DNA of 63,770 nt, counting the filler, from Octopus bimaculoides (taxonomy: Eukaryota), in the NCBI RefSeq assembly GCF_001194135.2. It is 6 parts of 6 records of this genome, joined end to end, with 100 filler letters (N's around TTAATTAATTAA, not from the genome) between each part and the next. Parts side by side here need not be neighbours in the genome. Positions count along the whole stretch, not along the records: positions 24,022 to 39,661 come from NC_068986.1; positions 39,762 to 56,852 come from NC_069002.1; 4 more parts are not named here. One strand, written 5' to 3'. The number at the start of each line of letters is the position of its first letter. Positions within the stretch are counted from its first letter, which is position 1. Positions 37,231 to 49,576 of this stretch are shown here, one piece after another. A model generated the notes under the pieces. The model did not search any database. It was not told where the DNA came from and saw only the letters and a list, made by a program, of their open reading frames with translations. Position numbers and translations under genes: made by a program.

Positions 37231-38414
37231 TGATGGTGTGTGGTGGGGGTGTATAGAGAAGATTATGGCCATTAACCTACTTCCTTCTCAGATTACTGTA
37301 TGCAATACGCAACTCTACTTTTAACCACAACAAGCCTTCATTACAGAACCAACACCAGTACTACTACAACTACCACTACCACCACCACCACTACCACCAC
37401 CACAACTGCCAAAACTGCTGCTGCCACCACCATCGTTGCCAACAACACCACCACTACAACCATCACTGTATCTACCACTATCATCAATTACAATCACCAC
37501 TACTGCCACCGCCACCGCCACCACCANNNNNNNNNNNNNNNNNNNNNNNNNNNNNNNNNNNNNNNNNNNNNNNNNNNNNNNNNNNNNNNNNNNNNNNNNN
37601 NNNNNNNNNNNNNNNNNNNNNNNNNNNNNNNNNNNNNNNNNNNNNNNNNNNNNNNNNNNNNNNNNNNNNNNNNNNNNNNNNNNNNNNNNNNNNNNNNNNN
37701 NNNNNNNNNNNNNNNNNNNNNNNNNNNNNNNNNNNNNNNNNNNNNNNNNNNNNNNNNNNNNNNNNNNNNNNNNNNNNNNNNNNNNNNNNNNNNNNNNNNN
37801 NNNNNNNNNNNNNNNNNNNNNNNNNNNNNNNNNNNNNNNNNNNNNNNNNNNNNNNNNNNNNNNNNNNNNNNNNNNNNNNNNNNNNNNNNNNNNNNNNNNN
37901 NNNNNNNNNNNNNNNNNNNNNNNNNNNNNNNNNNNNNNNNNNNNNNNNNNNNNNNNNNNNNNNNNNNNNNNNNNNNNNNNNNNNNNNNNNNNNNNNNNNN
38001 NNNNNNNNNNNNNNNNNNNNNNNNNNNNNNNNNNNNNNNNNNNNNNNNNNNNNNNNNNNNNNNNNNNNNNNNNNNNNNNNNNNNNNNNNNNNNNNNNNNN
38101 NNNNNNNNNNNNNNNNNNNNNNNNNNNNNNNNNNNNNNNNNNNNNNNNNNNNNNNNNNNNNNNNNNNNNNNNNNNGGTAGGTGTGTCTGGGATTTTCGGA
38201 ATTCACCACCAGTTCTTAGATTTTTGGAATCTAAAAGAAGGTTTGGGTGTGAGAGAAGAGGTGATATATATATAAGTTGTTTGTGTGGGTGGTAGTTGTC
38301 CCTGGAATTTATTTCTGACTTGTCTTTTTGATCTCCCCACCACATTTCCATCCCATATTTCATTTCTTACTGTCTCTTGCTTCCTCTTTCCATTACATTA
38401 TATGAGGTGAATAA

Positions 38415-38471
<57 letters not shown>

Positions 38472-38582
38472 TCTCTCCCAGTCTCTGTCTGTCTCTCTCT
38501 GTTTCTCTCTCTGAGTTTCTCTTTCCTTCTCTTTTCCCTCACTCTTCATTTCCTTCAGTCAGCCTCTCTTCCCCCCCTCCAC

Positions 38583-38620
<38 letters not shown>

Positions 38621-38835
38621 GTTCTTTGTCTACTTCTCTTCCTCTCCTCTCTCTCCCTCTTTCTCTCCTTCTCTCTCTCACCCTCTCTTAGTTTACCTAT
38701 CTCTTTCTCTGCTATATATAATTAGCAGCACCAGTATATTACTGGTACTTATGATGTCATCATTGTATGTCTTTAATTGACCATGTCACCCATTCACAGC
38801 CATCCATCCTGGGTCATGCCATTATTATACACCAT

Positions 38836-39118
38836 ACCAAGGCAGCAAGCTGGCAAATTACTCCTTTACTTGTTTCAGTCATTTGACTGTGGCCATGCTG
38901 GAGCACCACCTTTAGTTGAGCAAATCGACCCCAGGACTTATTCTTTGGATGCCTAGTACTTATTCTATCGGTCTCTTTTGCCGAAACGCTAAGTTACGGG
39001 GACGTAAACACACCACCATCGGTTGTCAAGCGATGTTGGGGGGACAAACATATACACNNNNNNNNNNNNNNNNNNNNNNNNNNNNNNNNNNNNNNNNNNN
39101 NNNNNNNNNNNNNNNNNN

Positions 39119-39155
<37 letters not shown>

Positions 39156-39505
39156 CATATATACGACAGGCTTCTTTCAGTTTCCGTCTACCAAATCCAC
39201 TCACAAGGGTTTGGTCAGCCCGAGGCTATAGTAGAAGACACTTTCCCAAGGTGCCACGCAGTGAGACTGAACCCAGAACCATGTGGTTGGTAAGCAAGCT
39301 ACTTACCACACTGCCACTCCTGCGCCTATGTTAACACATTAGACAAAAGGCTTAGCAGTATTTCTTCTGGATCTTTGCATTCTGAGTTCAAACACCGCTG
39401 AGGTTGACTCTGCCTTTCATCCTTTCAGAGTCGATATAATAAGGACCAGCTGAGCACTGACCCTGCATGGCTACAGTTCAATGACTGAAACAACTAAAAG
39501 ATAAA
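38836..39505 (+). mobile_element. tRNA-derived SINE 'D', split by a nested bipartite B+C SINE
   Basis: Head start GGCAGCAAGCTGGCA at about 38840 resumes at about 39330 (…GAGTTCAAAC…GCCTTTCATCCTTTCAGAGTCGATATAATAAGGACCAG…GACTGAAACAA). Confidence 0.6.
38862..39325 (-). mobile_element. Full-length bipartite SINE: head B, (TA)n linker, C
   Basis: C part at 38862-39057, gap and (TA)n, then head B reverse complement at 39165-39325. Confidence 0.8.
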
Positions 39506-39511
39506 TAATGA

Positions 39512-39661
39512 TTTCAAATTTTGGCACAATGCCAGCATTTTCGGGAGAAGGGATAAATCAATCACATCAACCCCAGTATTCAACTGGTACTTATTTTATC
39601 AACCCCAAAAGGATGGAAAGCAAAATCAACCTTTACGGAATTTGAACTTGGAACATAAAGA
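39512..39661 (-). mobile_element. SINE 'D' fragment
   Basis: AACTGGTACTTATTTTATCAACCCC…GGAATTTGAACT is the reverse complement of the B box plus conserved core. Confidence 0.7.
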
Positions 39662-39761
39662 NNNNNNNNNNNNNNNNNNNNNNNNNNNNNNNNNNNNNNN
39701 NNNNNTTAATTAATTAANNNNNNNNNNNNNNNNNNNNNNNNNNNNNNNNNNNNNNNNNNNN

Positions 39762-39808
<47 letters not shown>

Positions 39809-40104
39809 AACTTTTGGTTAGTTTAAACATATTTGTGACATGATTTATTTTCTACTGACAAATCCACAGCATTTCACCGTAAAGAAAAAGAAAAAAATCC
39901 TTGCTGATGGGAAACAGAGTAAAACACCATATCTGCTCAGTGTCTTCCCCTAACGGACTCGTGGGCGTGTTTCTGCGGCAACCCTGGGCAGATTCTAAAG
40001 CTTTATCTGGAAACAGTCACCATCAGTGACTAATTGCGCTCGCGGACTGCCAGATCAGAATAAACACAACATCAGCATTAAACAGTGACGAGGAAGAAAC
40101 GGAC

Positions 40105-40280
40105 TTTACTTATTTATTTTTTTCTGAAATTTTCGTTGCGTCTTGCAATTTCTTCAATAGACGTTAACTCCGTCAGTTATAAGAGCAGCTCTGATAATGG
40201 ACAGAGTCAACGTCTATTGAAGCCAATGACTACTGAGGTTGGAGTTGCAACGAAAATTTCAGAAAAAATAAATAAGTAAA
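40105..40280. mobile_element. Foldback/MITE-like inverted-repeat element
   Basis: Outer arms 40105-40139 and 40247-40280 are near-perfect reverse complements (one-T indel). Inner arms 40153-40170 and 40204-40221 have one mismatch. Confidence 0.6.
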
Positions 40281-40720
40281 TGATTGTAAACCAAATACAG
40301 NNNNNNNNNNACTTATATATATACTTATAACACAATGTATCTGAGTGATTTTTTACAGTTTGTAAATGATAGTTTTTTCAAATTAGCTTGCTGGTATTCC
40401 ACGAAGCATGATGTCACTACGGTTCATTGCTCTCCAACGTGATAAAGACCAAGTATGTAACGTCTTAAATTACAAAAGAACCAGGCAAATCCTTGAGAAG
40501 TGTTACGGTGAAATATTTGTAAGTTATAAAATGGGGTGGGGCTGGGCTGGAATTCATTCTCAAAGAGCAACACTGTTTTATTTCTTTTTTCACCATTTTC
40601 ATGTTGTTTTATTTAATATGCATATATGTGGGCCTATGTAAGTATCTACGTATACATACATAAACAAACACATACACGCACGCACGCGCAAACACACACA
40701 CACACACACATACACACACG

Positions 40721-40860
40721 ATGGGCTTCATTCAGTTTCCGTCTACCAAATCATCTTACAAGGCTTTAGTCTGACCAAGACTATAGTGGAAAAAAATTGC
40801 CCAAGGTGCCACGCGAACAAATATTTTTTCTGACGTGGTAACGATTCTACCAGCACATTG
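40721..40860 (-). mobile_element. SINE head 'B'
   Basis: GGGCTTCATTCAGTTTCCGTCTACCAAATC…TTGCCCAAGGTGCCACGC. Confidence 0.75.
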
Positions 40861-40864
40861 TGGT

Positions 40865-40937
<73 letters not shown>

Positions 40938-41131
40938 CACAGACACAAACGTATACACACACACATATATGGATAGATGTGTATATATTGTTGTTGTCAT
41001 AAGAATTTAAAAACTTTCGAGAGAACATAGAATAACTAATTTTTGGAACAGAGGATCTCGAAGTACATATAAAGCTATAAATAAGATGTAAATACTAAGT
41101 TGAAAAACCCTTAGGGACAGAGACTATTGAA

Positions 41132-41200
41132 GGCTGTCTGTTGAACTCGAACCCACATCTTCTGTAGACATGACAGGCGTTCTACCAATGTAACAACAGC
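41132..41200 (-). pseudogene. tRNA-like pseudogene or SINE head
   Basis: GCTGTTG…TGGTAGAAC…CTGT-CATGTCT-ACAG…GGGTTCGAGT…ACAGC. Acceptor and anticodon stems partly pair, D and T stems are imperfect, and a T5 run lies about 22 nt downstream. Confidence 0.45.
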
Positions 41201-43362
41201 ATGCAATTCTCGCTGGTAAGAATTGTTTGTGAAATGGGTAGGGAATGACCAAGGATTGCTTTTATTATCTGATGTACGCTTTAATTTAGGTTTCAGTTGG
41301 GGGAGTTGGCTGCTTATTCTAGCAAGTCTCTCTGTAACTATTTGAACGTATATCTGAAAATGTTACAATGCTGACCCTAATGCGTTTCGCTTCTTGGGTC
41401 TATATTATAATGTTAACAGTGAAAGACGTGATAGTGCTGCAGAAATAGCGGAAATAGCGGTAGAATGGCGGCAATGAACCTGACAATAATCAATCATATA
41501 TATTTTCATTTAGGTTTAAAATTTTTCTGGGTACAACTTTTCCCATAATACTTCCAGGACTGATACAATAAGCTCCATTATCAACATGGCGTCTATTCTA
41601 TCGATTCTAAATACTGTAATAACCAACGACAATATAAGAAATCAATTAATATATGATGTTGATGATGCCGTCGGTTTTGTTGTTTTGCTATTTTTTCAGT
41701 ATTTTCAGATTCTTGTCTGAAACAATTCATGTTGGAACCTTCGTGATATACTTCAATAACGGAGTAGATGTAGTTAAAATAAAAGGCAGAGACCCCTAGC
41801 GGTTATATACAGACAAGCTGACGTTAGAAATATTAAGGGAATATTTTGCCGAATTATCCCAGCTAAGCAAAGCTACAAAATTATTACTTTATTGGCCTAA
41901 ATATATAATTTCTCTTATCTTGACACATCAGTCTTCAATTTATTAGCAGTTCTAATTTTATGGAGCCGTTCTACCGCTGCCACAGTAATGATAATACAAA
42001 TATAGATCGATGTCCTAAACTGAATTAAATTGAGAAAGATAACATGCAATGTGGAAAGATTTCGTCAACATTTGACATGATGACAATTCTCTACTAAATG
42101 GTTGAGTGGTTTTTCATTATCAGCTGGGATAATTTATATTCAAGCTTCGCTGCTACACTTTTACTGCGCAATAATTTTCAAATTTTGCCATATGATGTGA
42201 AATCAATTCGATTCCAAATCATATTCGATTCCAAATACCGTGTGACACAGTCCTCTCTGGTTTTTTCCTTTTCTCAGAGAAAAGTTTCCTCATACTCGTA
42301 CACACACACACATACACACACACACACACAAACACACAGACACACAATGTGCAAAGAAACGATCTCGGTCGGAATTTTGGACCGTAAGTTTTCAGATTTT
42401 CGATCTTCTGAACGCGGTACTGAATTAGTAAGAGGTTGGGTATTCAACAAATATATATACATTTGACTTAGTTTTCACGTGACATCCGTGACAAGGTAGG
42501 AATTTTGAATTCCATCTACAATTTATCAAACGATCCACCACACAATTTTCGTACACCGAATTTCACTAATATGGCGGATTTAGCTTCTTGAGAAATAATC
42601 TAAAAGGTTGGCATCACCTTTCTTTTTGAACACTGAATGACATCTCCCGAAAAGCGGTCATTCAAGATTTTTGAGACTAAATAGTAAAACAAAAATAAAA
42701 AGAAAAATGCAACGAATGCTGCCCAAACTAGGAGGAAATGGTGTTTTGGCAATCTAATAGTTTGTCGTATCAAGATTGTTCCTAACTGTTAAAAACAATA
42801 TGCTTTTTTCCGCTTCAGAGTCCACGAGTCTGATCTGGCCGTAATACCAATTTAATATGTATGAAAAATCATTTTGCTTTACAGGAAGCTATATATACTG
42901 TGGTAGAGACAAAAGGCGAAAGAAATTTGCTGCTGAGGGGGAGATGAACATTTCTAAGCATATCCATCTTTTGTCTTTTGTGTAGAATTTGTTTTCTTTT
43001 TCCAAAGAGATAGAGAGCGTACATCTTGTTGCATATAATTATTTTAATACTATTCTTTATTATCATCATAGTAGCCATTTATATAATTTCATCTTCGTTT
43101 GGAATCTTCAGAATGGCACAACCTAAAATTTTTGAATTATTTTATCTAAATTAAATTTTATTCTATTATCTATAAAGGGTCATTGTTATTTATCAGTGAA
43201 AGTGTCTCACTTTTCTACACAAAATGCAACGAAAAGAATAAAAATTCGTTATATATAAAAGAAGTTATACGTCTAAAAATTTGGTAAAAAAAAAAAAATG
43301 ATCAAATTTAGCTTCTAAACGGGGTCTAAACTTTAAAACCTCATTAGAGAGAGGAAGAGAGA

Positions 43363-43422
<60 letters not shown>

Positions 43423-45980
43423 GATCAGGGTATATGTCATTCCATCCGGAAGGAACCCTCTCTTGTCTCCGCTTATCGCAGTGTATATTTGACCTTCAAA
43501 CTCAAGTTGAAGCTCTTACCACTCACCTATCGTTTCAGTCGAACACTTGAAGACCGCAGCCGCAACTCTGTCCCCTGTCTGACCCAGCTGCTGTGTTGAA
43601 CTAAAATAAATTAAAATTAAAATTGTAAAGACATACTGATGAAACAGATTCTAAATGCAGCGTATCTGTAAAGAGATTGGTTTGGACTGGAACTCGTTTG
43701 ACCATTGGTCCGATCGGGTCCGATGCCTGGTTAATCGAAAATAACAACAGTAAGAGAAACAAATTCAAACACAGACCAAGTTCAAATAAACATCAGATTG
43801 TTTGTCAAGAAAATACCGGTGCACATTTGATAGGTGAAATGTTTCTTAGTCCCAGTTCACTCCTCATCGATCCACAAATGTCTTTAGTGAAACAATTTGG
43901 TGCACTCACTGCTCTAGTGTTTCATACAAACAACAGCATTACCTAATTGAAGGTCATGTCTTCTACATAAAGTGACTAATCTCACGAGAGACTGCGTTAC
44001 ACTACCGGGAATCCAAAGGTTCAGTGTACTGAAATGCTAAGGTTCAAATTTGTCATATTATTTCCTCTTCACGCGACTGATAAAATGGTATACTCGGCCA
44101 TTTATTTGCTAATTTAATGAACCAGACAATCGTTGATCAAACATTTAAATGGCCGTCATCGAAACGAGCGGAGAATCCAACACGTTCTCTTTACAACCAA
44201 TGTCTATTAGTGTTCAGCTGGAGTTTGTCGTATTGACTGTAGCAGAGTGTATCAGTTTCTTCACACTGTTGTTGTTTAGCCCTTGGACAATCCCTGATTA
44301 AGTGACTTATCATAAAAGTAGTCCTGAATTTAATGTTCCTGCTTTTCTTTATTTTCAAGCACAGTTTATCTCGGAATACATTCCTCAATGAATCCTCTTT
44401 GGAAAGACAAATAGGTTGTATTCTGAAGAGTATTTGGTTGGGACTACTCGGTACTCGGAGGTTAAAGAACAGCATAAAGACTCCCGCATTTTCTCAGTAT
44501 GAAATTTCTTTCTATTCCTTTCGAAATGTCAGCGAAAACTTCATCTTCATATGGTGGACCAAGGTTAAGAAAGTTCGTTGTGAGTCGATCCTTCTTTAAG
44601 CTATAAACTACAAGACCCAGCAGCAACCACTTTAGAATCCCAACTAACAAGAAAGTTCTCTGTTTTACAATGCAATCGATTGTTGCTGCGACAAGCTTTT
44701 CCTACTTCATGACACCCGATAAACTAGAATATTTAAAAGCTGGCATAACTCAGTTCTCGTGAGAGGATTTTGAACCCTGACCTGTAGGTTGATTAACTTA
44801 TGCGACTGAGTCGACTATATACATTGCCACTTCAGACCTTTGCTCAATTCATTTAAACTTAAAATATGGTAGAATACTTGTAATTTCTTTTTTGCATCAT
44901 ATGAATGTTTCAACAGTTTGTAGAATGTCACCTTCAATGAGAAAATTTCTCTTTTTTTATTCTGTCGTAAAACTCGAAATAAATATCAAAGCTTCGTGTT
45001 ATTACTGTGAGAAGTGGAGCAATTATAGATTGCTCACTCAATATCTTATATGGGTCTTGTGATTGTAAAGAGAAATGCAGGCTGTACAAACACTTTAGAC
45101 TAGAATTCATCTATTACTTTGGTAAGATTTGCAATCAAACTTAGGCTCAGTCGATAGTTAACAGGTTTACAACGTTCTGTCCTTCTTTAAATTCATTCAG
45201 ATTATACATGTTCACTACCATATTTCCTCTGGCTTCAATGACACCGAATAAAAAAAATCTTCAAATTATTTGTAGTAAAACTGACAAGTACTGCAAATTC
45301 TACTTGACAACCGGTGTTTGAAAATACAGTACGTGAAGATGCAACTGATAAAGACTTTATCGGTGCAGCGTTTCAAAATGATTACAGGATAATTTTCTCA
45401 ATACGATTCTAACCATTTGTCTTTAATGTGAATATTTTTTTGATGGTACAGTATTGTATATAACAGCTTTGGCTCCGACAGAAACTATCAAAATAATTAA
45501 GTAAATAAAGTAGGCAGCTGTATCAATGATATCTTATTTCTCTGATACTTTACTAGCGGAAAACAAAACCCAATAAAATAAATTTATTACCTGACGTAAC
45601 ATTTGCACGAACAGAAAAGCAAACTCGTCTAAAAGTTGATAAATAGGGAATCAGTCTTCCAGAGTCAAGTTTCGCTCAAACACGCAAAGATTTCTTTCGA
45701 AACAGAAAATTCAATGAATAATTATTCCTCTTCTTTATTGATTTTTTTTCATTATTCTATCTTTTTATTCTGTTTTTCTCAAATCGCTTGCTTTTCCTCC
45801 TTTCCTCTCCCTTTTTTTCTCCGCCTCTTTTTCTCACACTGAATCATTTTTTTTTTCTCTTTCTGTTGTCTCACTATTGGCAAATAAGGAAACATTGCTG
45901 GCCACGTAGACAATCACAATATTCTCAATGTGTCAGCATGTACATACATGCCTGCATATATACACACACATATATGTATA

Positions 45981-46600
45981 TGAGGTGTGTTCAAAAAGTA
46001 TCCGACTTTAATTTTCCCGCCAAAATTAATGCCGCGTGGATAAAATCCTTTGAATAGGAGGTGACGCCACACTTTCTGCGTATGTATGAAACCATTCACG
46101 CCGGTAGGCCGCATCTGTTCCCGGTTGCTACGCCGAGAGAACAGAGATGTAGTCTAGGTGATACTCAAGCTCAAAAACGAGAGAAGATTCAGCAGGGCTT
46201 TGGTGGAGATGTAAAGGAGTAGTAAATCGCCGCTTCAAGAAATGGCCACACCTCACTAGAAAGCGAGGCACGCTTAGACAGGCCATCGACATGACGAAAC
46301 GAGAAGGTTTGGCGAATTGAGAAGGTTTGGCGAATAGTCATAGAAGGCCGTCGTGAACGAGGTGGTAACAAAAAGTTGCCGGACTAGTTCTGTGATGCGC
46401 CAACAGATGGTTGCATGGGTTCTGACAGCTAGCAGTGAGACTTTCATGTGGTAGTGTGCCGAGTGACATTGCTGTTTTTACTTCGAAAGCTGCGAAATTT
46501 GTGTTCTTGTGATCACGTATATACCGTAGTCTGCAATTTTGTCATGGACAGGAAGTTGGAACAAAAGCGTGAAATTTTGCATTAAACTTGGGAAGTCAGT
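45981..46600 (+). mobile_element. 5' end of a mariner element: TIR, leader and first codons
   Basis: TA|TGAGGTGTGTTCAAAAAGTATCCGAC is a mariner-type TIR. ATG at 46544 gives MDRKLEQ, then after a frameshift VKFCIKLGKS. Confidence 0.7.
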
Positions 46601-47240
46601 TGGTTTGTTTTCGGGTCGTAGTAGTAGCAACAGCTTTCGTCACCAGCGATGACCTTCGAAAAAAGATCCGGATCAATTTTCAAATGTTCTTTCAGTTCAC
46701 GACACAAATTCAAGTGACTGCTTTTGCTCTTCCGTGAGCAAGCGAGGCACAAATTTTGCTGCAACTCTTTTCGTTCGCAATTCTTCACATAAAATTCATT
46801 GACAGGAGCTCCAGGACACACTAGCCATTTCAAGAAGTCGGTCCATTGTCCTCCAACTGTCCTCAAAGATCAGTTCATGAATTTTCATGATGTTTTCATT
46901 CGTTCGGGAGGTCAACGGTCGCCTTGAACATGGTTGGTATTCGAGTGATAAGGGACCATTCCTAAAGCGTGAAAACCACATGTAAACTTGTGTTTTGCAC
47001 ATGACAGCCTCATTGTAACCTGTTTGAAGCATGGCAACTGTTTTGGTTGCTGTTTTCCCCAGCAGAAAACAGAATTTCACGGAAACGCGTTATTCCTTCG
47101 TCTCGGCCATCGTAAAAATCGACGAATAAGGGAGAAGCACTGTAAAAACAAGACGCACTGGATGAAACCGGTCAGCAGACTAATGCCTTAGAGTCGTATC
47201 AAGTGGCTTCTAGCGGCGGAAGTCTGAACTACAACGGACT
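46598..47240 (-). mobile_element. 5' half of a second mariner transposase (pseudogene)
   Basis: ATG at 47110 gives MAETKE*RVSVKFCFLLGKTATKTVAML...WFSRFRNG...SRRPLTS...KVIAGDESCCYYYDPKT, covering the HTH region and the first catalytic D. Confidence 0.85.
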
Positions 47241-49576
47241 TGTTCCACATAGAACATGCATATATACCAATTTTTCTCATAGCACACATCCCCTGAAATC
47301 TCACACAAATGAATTAAAAACGGAAGACTACAAAATGGTGTTGTCGAGGTTGTTTTTGTTTTTTAGGACCAGGAAACTTTGAATCAGTTGATGCGTGATC
47401 AGTCCAGCCATGCGCATTCAGCATTTTTAACTTCGCTTTGTATACCCACAACTAAATTATCAGATCAGTTGCTCTTTAAAATAGTAATTCGTGTCTTATT
47501 TAACGTCTCTACACCAGTGAAAAGCATGATTCTGTGGGAATTGTTTGAGAAATGTTTTCATTGTAGTGAGTTAGGATTTCAAGGAGATGTGACTACTATG
47601 ATGATGAGGAAAATATTCTGGATAAGATGGTAGGATTGTGATGTAATGGTTCACGGAGAGTACTTGCGTCATCTTTTACACGCTATCTATAAAATAATGA
47701 TGATTAAACCTGGACCTAATTTCCCAATGAAAGCATGAAACAATAGCGAATGACAGTAATGGAAGGCAACCACGTTAATTAAAACCTATAAGACCAATTC
47801 TTAATGATAGGAAATACTGAGTTGCTAATCAACACGTTCAGAGAATGTGCGTTGATCTGTATTAATGCTCTATCAATCCCTGATCTTCAATGGAATAATT
47901 CCTTTCTTACAGCAGTATGAGAAATCTTTGTTTCGAGATGCAACGTTGGTGGAGACGTTGATTGTTGGTGTTAATTTGGGCAATCCTCGTCTAAAGTTTT
48001 TGCAGATTTATACAAGGTAGAAATGGAGAGTCACAAGTACCCGAAACTAATCAACAAATACATTTTCTAAACTCTCGCTTTCGTACACGAGTCTCTTTGA
48101 CTACTATTTACGTTAAGCAATTTGGCACTTGCCTCATTGACATTTGCAATCCAAACTATTGACATTTTCTATCCAAACTATTTCACTTGCAATTGTTCGA
48201 AGAAATGCAGCCAGAGTTTATAATTTGCTTTTGGTACTATTGTTACAATAGCAAGACACAGAATCTTTCGACAAAGTTATGTCCACCAAACGAAGCTAAT
48301 TCTGATTTTGATTGAATACGTTTTCAATATTTCAATTTGTGTCAAGGAATCTTTGACCTCTACTAAGCATATATCATTTATATCTGAAATATTTAATGAA
48401 GCCTAATTAAATAATGACATTATATATATATTTCACATATATCAAATGACGGAATGAAAGATATGATTCAAAGGGCTAAGATGTAGGTGCAGGAGGTGGT
48501 CAAACTCTGTTTAAGGAGTAGACAACCACCATGTATGTATGTATGTATGTATGTATGTATGTATGTATGCATGTATGTATGTATGTGTGCATGTATGTGC
48601 GTATACATAAGTGCACACATATGCACACGCACATACATGCACATATATATAATACATACGTACATACATACGTACGTACATACATACATACATATATACA
48701 TACATACATCCATACAAACATACATACATACAAAAATACATATATATCATGAAGTAACTGTTACTTTCTAAGCTGCAGCACGGAATTTTGTCTGTGAAGN
48801 NNNNNNNNNNNNNNNNNNNNNNNNNNNNNNNNNNNNNNNNNNNNNNNNNNNNNNNNNNNNNNNNNNNNNNNNNNNNNNNNNNNNNNNNNNNNNNNNNNNN
48901 NNNNNNNNNNNNNNNNNNNNNNNNNNNNNNNNNNNNNNNNNNNNNNNNNNNNNNNNNNNNNNNNNNNNNNNNNNNNNNNNNNNNNNNNNNNNNNNNNNNN
49001 NNNNNNNNNNNNNNNNNNNNNNNNNNNNNNNNNNNNNNNNNNNNNNNNNNNNNNNNNNNNNNNNNNNNNNNNNNNNNNNNNNNNNNNNNNNNNNNNNNNN
49101 NNNNNNNNNNNNNNNNNNNNNNNNNNNNNNNNNNNNNNNNNNNNNNNNNNNNNNNNNNNNNNNNNNNNNNNNNNNNNNNNNNNNNNNNNNNNNNNNNNNN
49201 NNNNNNNNNNNNNNNNNNNNNNNNNNNNNNNNNNNNNNNNNNNNNNNNNNNNNNNNNNNNNNNNNNNNNNNNNNNNNNNNNNNNNNNNNNNNNNNNNNNN
49301 NNNNNNNNNNNNNNNNNNNNNNNNNNNNNNNNNNNNNNNNNNNNNNNNNNNNNNNNNNNNNNNNNNNNNNNNNNNNNNNNNNNNNNNNNNNNNNNNNNNN
49401 NNNNNNNNNNNNNNNNNNNNNNNNNNNNNNNNNNNNNNNNNNNNNNNNNNNNNNNNNNNNNNNNNNNNNNNNNNNNNNNNNNNNNNNNNNNNNNNNNNNN
49501 NNNNNNNNNNNNNNNNNNNNNNNNNNNNNNNNNNNNNNNNNNNNNNNNNNNNNNNNNNNNNNNNNNNNNNNNNNNN

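Noticed and set aside
43636-43680. Hammerhead-like cores: CTGATGA at 43635, CTGAGGA…GAAA in family A, and minus-strand CTGATGA near 17540
   Set aside because: None has a pairable stem II closed directly before GAAA.
45340-45366. Small imperfect hairpin GCAACTGATAAAG-A-CTTTATCGGTGC
   Set aside because: It is short and imperfect enough to arise by chance in 64 kb of AT-rich DNA.
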